Of a stretch of DNA of 64,000 bases, positions 54,062-64,000 are shown in pieces (position 1 is the stretch's first letter; every line of letters starts with the position of its first letter). The DNA is from Eledone cirrhosa. Lineage: Eukaryota. The stretch lies in NCBI GenBank assembly GCA_964016885.1, contig OZ024743.1, forward strand, positions 24,118,001 to 24,182,000, read 5' to 3'. The notes beneath the pieces are model-generated. The model did not search any database, was not told where the DNA came from, and was given only the letters and a program-made list of their open reading frames with translations. The position numbers and the translations under genes are program-made.

Positions 54062-54407
54062 CCACCACCACCACCACCACCACAACCACCACCACCACCA
54101 CCACGACGACGACGACGACCACCACCACCACCACTACCACCACCACGACAACGACGACCACCACCACCACCACCACCACCACAACCACCACCACCACCAC
54201 CACCACCACCACGACGACGACCACCACCACCACCACCACAACCACCACCACCACCACCACCACGACGACGACCACCACCACCACCACCACTACCACCACC
54301 ACGACAACGACGACGACGACGACGATGACGACGACGACGACGACGACCACCACCACCACCACCACCACCACCACCACCACCACCACCACCACAACAACAA
54401 ACAACAA
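53850..54407. repeat. (CCA)n/(CGA)n compound repeat
   Basis: Direct reading. Confidence 0.9.
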
Positions 54408-54435
54408 TAGTCGTTTCCAGAGATATAGGAAGAAG

Positions 54436-54602
54436 AGGTTAATCGATTAAATCCGTCTCAGTACTTGATTGATAATCTATTTTATTGACCCCGGAAGAAT
54501 GAAGGCAAAGTTGACCTCGGCGGGAGTTGAAACCAGAATGTAAATAACTGGAAGAAATACCGCAAGGTATTTTATTTGTCACTTTACTGATTCTACCAAC
54601 CA
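54436..54602 (-). mobile_element. Major tRNA-derived SINE, diverged
   Basis: GAATGAAGGCAAAGTTGACCTCGGCGGGAGTTGAA core. Confidence 0.7.
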
Positions 54603-54635
54603 GGCAGGACAACGACTGCTGCACCTATTGACAGA

Positions 54636-55228
54636 ATGCTGCTGCACTTGCTGTTGCTGTTGTTGCTGCTGCTCTTGCTGCTGCTGCTGTTATTGCTGTT
54701 GCTGCCGTTGCTGCTGTTGCTGCTTTGCTGCTGCTGTTGTAGCTGTTGCTGCTCTTGCTGTTGTAGCTGTTGCTGCTGTTGCTGCTGTTGCTGCTGTTGC
54801 TGCTTTGCTGCTGCTCTTGCTGCTGCTGCTGTTATAGCTGTTGCTGCTGTTGCTGCCGCTCTTGCTGTTGTAGCTGTTGCTGCTGTTGCTGCTGTTGCTG
54901 CTGTTGCTGCTGTTGCTGCTGTTGCTGCTTTACTGCTGCTCTTGCTGCTTTGCTGCTGCTCTTGCTGCTGCTGCTGTTGTTGTTGCTGCAGTGGTGATGC
55001 TGCTGTTGTGTTGCTGTTATTTTCATTGTTTCTGTTGCTGCTGCTGCTACTGTTGCTGTTATTGTTGCTGTTGTTGTTGCTGCTGTGGTGTTGCTGCTGT
55101 TGCTGCTGTTGCTGCTGTTGCTGCTGTTGCTGCAGTGTTGCTGCCGTTGTGCTGCTGTTGTTTCCATTGCTTCTGTTGCTGCTTCTGTTGTTGCTTCTGT
55201 TGCTGCTTCTGTTGCTGCTGCTGCTGTT
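54636..55228. repeat. (CTG)n/(TTG)n compound repeat
   Basis: Direct reading. Confidence 0.9.
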
Positions 55229-55347
55229 AATTATGATGAAAATGATAAAGACAAGGATACAGTTTCACTATGAAAGGTTGTTAAAATGGTGGACTGGAAT
55301 ACGACACCTAATCACAACAGCCGACCGTCTGATACACAGACACTCGC

Positions 55348-55349
<2 letters not shown>

Positions 55350-55426
<77 letters not shown>

Positions 55427-55992
55427 TACACACACACACACACACACATACACATACACACACACACACATACACACACACACACATACATACACACACA
55501 CACACACACATACACACTGCCACACACAGACACACACATACACATACACACACGGATACACACACACACATACATACACACACACACATACACACACGGA
55601 TACATACAGACACACACATACAGACACACACAGACACACACGGACACACACACACACATACACATACACACTGACACACACAGACACACCCACAACCACA
55701 CACACACATACACACTGACACACACAGACACACACACCACACACACATACACATACAGACACACACAGACACACACAGACACACACAGACAGACACACAC
55801 ACACATACAGACACACACACACACACAGACACACACAGACACACACACACATACCCATACATACTGACACACAGACACACACAGACACACACACATCCAC
55901 ACACACATACACACTGACACACACAGACACACACACACCACACACACATACACACACATACACACAGAGACACACACAGACACACACACACA

Positions 55993-56027
<35 letters not shown>

Positions 56028-56169
56028 GGACACATACACACACACATACACACTGACACACAGAGACACACACACCACGCACACAGACACACACAAACAC
56101 ACACATACACACTGACACACACAAACACACAGACACACACAGACACACACATACATACCAGATACACAC
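55350..56169. repeat. Degenerate (CA)n tract
   Basis: Direct reading. Confidence 0.9.
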
Positions 56170-56204
56170 TTTGTTTCCAAGATTTTAAAAGTATATGCAA
56201 AATG

Positions 56205-56733
56205 TCGGGTTAAGAGATGCAGGGAGATTGTCGAGTCCAGGCTAGCTGATGAACAGTAGTTCGTGCCCCGGACGCAGCGCAGCCGACCAAATATTCACAC
56301 TGTGGCAGGTCATCAAGAAATCGTAGGATGTGTTGCCAAGAGATATACTCTTGTTTTGTCGACCTTGAAAAGGCTTATGACCACGTTCCTTGGGACCTGC
56401 TGTGGAAAGTTCTGCAGGAGTATGGGATCAATGATAAGCTTCTTGCTGACCTGATGTCTCTATATGAATAGCCGAGTATTTATGTTCGGATAAATCGTGC
56501 TAAATCGAAACATATTCAATGTGAGAGTCGGACTCCGCCAATGGTGAGTATTGTCACCTCTCCTGTTCATTATTTACATGAACAGGATTGACATGCACAG
56601 CCCGGTTGGAAGTGGTATCATGACTGGCGGGTGTAAAATCAGTCAGCTGGAATTTGTAGACGACTTAGTGTTACTTAACTCGACAGACGGTGATCTCCGA
56701 CTTTCACTCGATAGGTTTGACGCGCGTGTGTAA
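56205..56733 (+). mobile_element. RTE-clade LINE reverse transcriptase fragment (frameshifted)
   Basis: RCREIVESRLADEQ, DQIFTL, KAYDHVPWDLLWKVLQEYGI, LSPLLFIIYMNRI, LEFVDDLVLL. Confidence 0.8.
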
Positions 56734-57345
56734 TTGTAAGATTCTATGATTGACTAAGGGTAGCTCTCTTCCTGTTTGAATACATCTGCAATATATATCA
56801 CATCACTTAGTTTCTTTTCCTTTCTGTGTATAATTGTACAACTTCAGTCTCTTTGTACGTCTATAAACACTTGAAAATGTTCCCTTTTCTCAACAAAGAA
56901 AACCCTAATGTATATGCTCAATGCTAAAATCGGCAGCCAAATCTCCCTCATTTTAAATTACATTACATTAGACGTTGCAGGCCTAGATATACGTCTGAGA
57001 ACATGATAGAATAATTAGGGATGGAATATTTTTGATCAAAGTTCTGCTTAACCAGAGTTGACATGGGGCTAATCATGTCGACCATGGAAAAAAAACAAAA
57101 AATCTAAGATATACCCTTTCCGTTCTTTTGTTTCAAAGAATAGAACATCCGAATTACATTACTATATGTATCTATTTTAAAACGCTGAGCTGTGATCACA
57201 GGAATATTTGACTGGTATTTCTAGCAAGTAGGAATACCACAAAAAGGTACACTTTAAATATGAATGACTATGGGGAAAGTTAATGTAGATTTACGAACAT
57301 TTGCAATGAAACTAACGGTGATAAAAGCGGAAGCTACAATGAAAC

Positions 57346-58143
57346 AATTGTTTCTACTTTTGGCACAAGGCCAGCAAATACCCAGTGTATTTCTGGTACT
57401 TTATTTTATCTACCCCGTAAGGATGAAAGGCAAAGTTGACCTCGGTAGAAATTGAACGCAGACTGTAAAGCTTACTTTCGTAGAGGAGACAAGGTGAATA
57501 GCAGAACGAATAGAGAGTTAAATAGATCAACAGACAGGGTGACAGACAGACAGATAGACAGATAGATGGACAGAAGAGAAGTCTATAGGCAGACAACTAG
57601 GTTGATAGTCATATATCTATATAAACAACATTTATTTACGCTCTTAACGTGATGGATACCTGAGTTCAAATCCCGCCGAGGTTAACTTTGCTTTTCATCC
57701 TCGGTCGATAAAATAAAGTACCAGTGATGCACTGGGATAATTTAACGTTAAAAGATATATATTGTTTTTACTTTTGGCACAAGGCCAGCAATTATCCCAG
57801 TGTATTACTGGTACTTTATTTTATCGACCCCGTAAGCATGAAAGGCAAAGTTAATCTCGGCGGGATTTGAACTCAGATCATAAAGGGCCGTAACTCGTTG
57901 TTGCAAAGCATGGCGTCCGACCCTCTACCGACTGTGCCAATCCACCGCAGAAGCTACAATGAAATAATTGTTTCTACTTTAGGCACAAGGCCAGCAATCA
58001 CCCAGTGCATTACTGGTACTTTATTTTATTGACCCCGTAAGGATGAAAGGCAAAGTCAACCTCGGCGGGATTTGAACTCAGATCATAAAGGGACGTAACT
58101 ATGCTGGAAAGCATGGCGTCCGACCCTCTACCGATACTGCCAA
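57346..58143. mobile_element. Cluster of four major-family SINE copies (57346-57460 -, 57660-57740 +, 57761-57947 -, 57966-58143 -)
   Basis: Shared core sequence four times. Confidence 0.85.
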
Positions 58144-58368
58144 TGAAATAATGCCAGCATGTTTGTTTTTCTTTTTTCTTACTAGTTCATGCACTTGTCT
58201 TCAACTAAAGCCATGTCTCATAAAAAATATTCAATATGGTTTTATGGATCAATATGACGTAGCAATAGTCCGGTGTCTTTCTCAACAATTAATCTCATTT
58301 TCATTTCCTCCTTTCTACTTTCTATTTGGACTTCGGACATGTATATAATTACCTCACCACTCACTCGG

Positions 58369-58403
<35 letters not shown>

Positions 58404-59098
58404 CTGTGTGTGTGTATATATATGTGAGTGTGTGTGTGTGTATATATATATGTATATATATATATATATGTATATATGTATATATATATATATATATACA
58501 TACATATACATACACACACACTCACACACATACACACATATATATATATATATACACATACAATTACTTATAAGCCTTTTTATTCGGGGTGCATTTTATT
58601 AGCTCTTTCACGCCCGACTTGTATATATATATATATATATGTAAATAGTGAGAAAAAATGTATATATGTATACATATATATATATATATATATGTATACA
58701 TGTATGTTTGTGTGTGTAAATATGTGTAAATATGTGTGCATGTGTATGTGTACGGATGTGTGTGTATGTATATGTATGTATGTGTGCGTGTGCGTGCGCA
58801 AACGTATATATTACTTGTAATATTTCTATGTCTTTAAGTTAAAACCAATGCTTGCATTTTCCTTTCTCGACTTTTGATCTCTTTCTTTTTAAGCTGATTT
58901 TCATTGCTACATTTTTTGTATTTCTTTTGTCCTTGGTCAGCTTCTATATAATCTAATCTACCACAATCACATTGATTGCTGTCGTCTCATGCAGCTGCAA
59001 CTGGCTATTGTGATATTAAGGCATTAATACTCGCTCCCACTAACTAGTTTTTCTTGGAACAAAACAAACGTTACCAATGAAAATAATCTAATATATGA

Positions 59099-59132
<34 letters not shown>

Positions 59133-59153
59133 TCATATATTTATACACACACA

Positions 59154-59236
<83 letters not shown>

Positions 59237-59270
59237 ACTGCATATAAATATATATATATAATATAGAAAT

Positions 59271-59321
59271 GGCTTCTACAGGACTAGAACTGTTTCATTC
59301 GGGAGAAATCATCAGGAAGCC
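59271..59321 (-). ncRNA. Type I hammerhead ribozyme (same family as 50963)
   Basis: Minus strand GGCTTC-CTGATGA-TTTCTCCCGAAT-GAAA-CAGTTCTAGTCCT-GTA-GAAGCC. Confidence 0.7.
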
Positions 59322-59409
59322 CCTGATGAATTGACTACCTTACTTACTGTGGTTATCCCCGATTGAAGCCGGGATAAACACACACATACACACACATATA
59401 TATATATCG

Positions 59410-59941
59410 ATGATCCCGCAAGGATGAAGGGCAAAGTTAACCTTGGTGGGATTTGAACTCGGAAGTCAAAGGGCCGTAACTCTATGTCACAAAGTATGTT
59501 GTCCATCGTTCTACCAATACTGCCAGTCCACCACCCTGAAACCAATATTACTAATTATAATTGTTTCTACATTTGACACAAAGCCAGCAATTTGTAGGAA
59601 AGAAGGGGAAGTCGATTAAATCGACCCCATTGCGTTACTGGTACTTTATGTTATCGATAGCGAAAGGCAAAGCTAACCTCTGCGGGATTTGAACACAGAA
59701 CACAAAGGGATGTAACTCTATGACACAAAGCACGTTGTCTAATGTTCTACCGATGCTTCCAATAAAGATAATGATGATAATAATAATAATAGTAGCAGTA
59801 GCAGCAACAGCAGCAACAATGGCAGCAGCAGTAGCAGCAGCAGAAGTAGTAGTAGTGGTATTATTATTATTATTATTGGATTAGCAGTATCGGTAGAGGG
59901 TCGGACGCCATGCTTTAAAGCAAGGAGTTACGGCCCTTTAT
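59410..59941. mobile_element. Three major-family SINE copies (59410-59535 -, 59559-59762 -, 59877-59941 + head)
   Basis: Shared core and A/B boxes. Confidence 0.8.
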
Positions 59942-59949
59942 GTGATGGC

Positions 59950-62900
59950 AACACCACTGACAGCACCACCATCACCGCCACACCAGCAAGAGCACCACCA
60001 CCATCACCGCCAACACCACTGACAGCACCACCACCACCACCACACCACCACCACACCACCACCACCACCACACCATCACCACTACCACCACCACCACCAC
60101 CACACATTCACCACCAGCACCACCATCACCGCCACCACACCACCACCACCACCACACCATCACCACCAGCACCACCAGCACCACCAGCACCACCAGCACC
60201 ACCACCACCACCACCACAACCACCACCACCACCACACCACCACCAGCACCACCACCACTACCACCACCACACCACCACCACCACCACACCATCACCACCA
60301 CCACCACCACACCACTACCACACCACCACCACACCACCACCACACCACCACCACCACCACACCATCACCACCACCACCACCACCACCACACCATCACCAC
60401 CACCACACCATCACCACCAGCACCACCATCACCACCACCACCACACCACCACCACCACCAACACCAGCACCACCAGCACCAGCACCACCAGCACCACCAC
60501 ACCACCACCACACAACCACCACATCACCACCACCACCACACCACACCATCACCACCACCACCACCACCACACCACCACCACCATCACCACACCAGCACCA
60601 CCACCACCACCACCACACCAGCACCACCACCACCACACCAGCACCACCACTACCACCACACCATCACCACCAGCACCACCATCACCACCATCACCACCAC
60701 CACCACCACCAGCACACCACCACCACACCACCACCACACCACCACCAGCACCACCATCACCACCACCACACCACCACCAGCACCACCACCACCACCACCA
60801 CACCAGCACCACCACCACCACACCAGCACCACCACTACCACCACACCATCACCACCAGCACCACCATCACCACCACCACCACCACACCACCACACCACCA
60901 CCACCACACCACCACCACCATCACCACCACCACCACCACCACCATCACCACCATCACCACCACCACCACCACCAGCACCACCACCACCACACCACCACCA
61001 CACCACCACCAGCACGACCATCACCACCACCACACCACCACCAGCACCACCACCACCACCACCACACCAGCACCACCACCACCACACCAGCACCACCACT
61101 ACCACCACACCATCACCACCAGCACCACCATCACCACCACACCACCACACCACCACACCACCACCACCACACCACCACCACCATCACCACCACCACCACC
61201 ACCACCACCACACCAGCACCACCACCACCACCACACCACCACCACACCACCACCACCACCACCACACCATCACCACCAGCACCACCAGCACCACCACCAC
61301 CACCACACCAGCAGCACCACCACCACCACACCACCACCACACCAGCACCACCACCACCACCACACCACCACACACCACCAGCACCACCAGCACCACCACC
61401 GCCACACCACCATCACCACCACCACACCACCACCACACCACCACCAGCACCGCCAGCACCACTGCCAGCACCACCACCACCACCACACCATCACCACCAG
61501 CACCCCCACCACCCCACTACCACCACCACACCACCATCACCACACCACCAGCACCACCACACCACACCAGCACCACCACCACACCACCACCACCACCACA
61601 CCACCACCACCACCACCACCACCACCACCACCACCACCACCACCACCACCACCACCACCACACCACCACACCACCACCACCACACCACCACCACCACCAC
61701 ACCACCACCACCACCACCACCACCACCACACCACCACCACCACCACCACCACCACCACCACCACCCACACCACCCACCCACCACCAACCACCACCACCAC
61801 CACCACCACACCACACCACCACCACCACCACCACCACCACCCACCACCACACCACCACCACCACCCACCACCACCACCCACCACACCACCACCACCACCA
61901 CCACCACACCACCACCACCACCACCACCACCACCACCACCACCACACCCACCACCACCACACCACCACCACCACCACCACCACCACCACCACCACCACCA
62001 CCACCACCACCACCACCACACCACCCACCACACCACCACCACCCACCACCACCACACCACCACCACCACCACCACCACCACCACCACCACCACCACCACA
62101 CCACCACCACCACCACCACCACCACCACCACCACCACCACCACCACCACCACCACCACACCACCACCACCACCACCACCACACCACCACCCCACCACCAC
62201 CACCACCACCACCCACCACCACCACCACCACCACCACCCACCACCACCACCACCACCACCACCACACCACCCACCCACCCCACCACCACCACCCACCACC
62301 CACCACCACCACCACCACACCACCACCACCACCACCACCACCACCCACCCCCACCACCACCACACCACCACCACCACCACCACCACCACCACCACCCACC
62401 ACCACCACCACCACCACCACCACCACACCACCACACCACCACCACCACCCACACCCACCACCACCACACCACCACCACCCCCACCACCACCACACCACCA
62501 CCACCACCACCACCACCACCACCACCACCCCACCACCACCACCACCACCACCACCACACCACCACCACACCACCACCACACCACCCACCACCACACCACC
62601 CCACCACCACACCACCACCACACCACCACCACCACACCACCACCACACCACACCACCACCACACCACACACCACCACACCACCACCACCACCACCACCAC
62701 ACCACCACCACACCACCACACCACCACCACACACCAACCACCACCACACCACCACCACCACCACCACCACACCACCACCACACCACCATCACCACCACCA
62801 CCACCACCACAACCACCACACCACCACACCACCACATCACCACCACCACCACACCACCACACCACCACCACCACCACCACCACACCACCACCACCACCAC

Positions 62901-64000
62901 CACCACCACCACACTCACCACACCACCATCCACACCACCACACCACCACCACCACACCACACCACCACCACCACCCACCACCACCACACCACCACCACCA
63001 CCACACCACCACACCACACACCACCACCACCACCACCACCACCACACACCACCCACACCACCACACCACCACACCACCACCCCACCACCACCACCACCAC
63101 CACCACACCACATCACCACACCACATCACCCACCACCACCACACCACCACACCACCACCACCACCACCACCACACCACACCACCACACCACCATCACCAC
63201 CACACCACACCACACCACCACCACCACCACCACACCACCACCACCACACCACCACACACCACACCACCACCACCACCACCACCACACCACACCACACCAC
63301 ACACACACCACACCACCACACACCACCACCACCACCACCACCACCACACCACCATCCACCACACACCACACACACCACCACCACCACCACCACACCACAC
63401 CACCACACCACCACACCACCACCACACCACCACACCACCACACCACCACACCACCACCACCACCACCACCACCACCACACACCACCACCACCACCACACA
63501 CACCACCACACCACCATCACCACCACACCACCACCACACACCACCACCACACCACCACCACACACCACACCACCACACCACCACCACCACCACCACCACC
63601 ACACCACCACCACCACCAACCACCACCACCACCACCACCACACCACCACCACCACCACCACCACACCACCACCACCACACCACCACCACCACCACACCAC
63701 ACACCACACACCACCACCACACCACCACCACACCACACCACCACACCACCACACCACCATCACCACCACCACCACCCACCACACCACCACCACCACCACC
63801 ACACCACCACACCACCATCACCCACCACACCACCACCACACCACACCACCACACCACCACACCACCACACCACCACACCACACCACCACCACCACCACAC
63901 CACCACCACACCACCATCACCACCACACCACCACCACACACACCACCACCACCACACCACACCACACCACCACACCACCATCACCACCACACCACCACCA
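59950..64000. repeat. (CCA)n-based satellite over 4 kb, running off the window end
   Basis: CACCACCA with CAG/CAT variants in the first half and CACA/CCC indel variants in the second. Confidence 0.95.

Noticed and set aside
52152-56200. Val/Met, poly-Leu and His/Thr ORFs
   Set aside because: Microsatellite read-through
59950-64000. Possible telomeric array
   Set aside because: Unit is CCA, not TTAGGG/CCCTAA; the many indels may be sequencing error

Overview
AT-rich, repeat-dominated animal genomic DNA, most likely an octopus/cephalopod (inferred from the tRNA-derived SINE family and the dense (TA)n/(CA)n/(TATG)n/(CCA)n microsatellites). I can identify no host protein-coding gene; most long ORFs in the track are microsatellite read-throughs. 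Recognisable coding content is all transposon-derived: five 5'-truncated copies of a Tx1/L1-clade LINE (four in a head-to-tail array in TCTA/CCTA repeats), two restriction-like-endonuclease (R4/Dong-type) LINE 3' ends, RTE fragments, a Penelope-like GIY-YIG fragment and an internally deleted Tc1. There is also a complete ~3 kb non-autonomous Helitron and more than 15 SINE copies. The most unusual signal is a set of short, mostly unrelated fold-back elements in or beside (TA)n tracts. Most carry an intact or degenerate type I hammerhead ribozyme, often on both strands, consistent with Penelope-like pLTR/retrozyme derivatives. All structures and alignments were read by eye.
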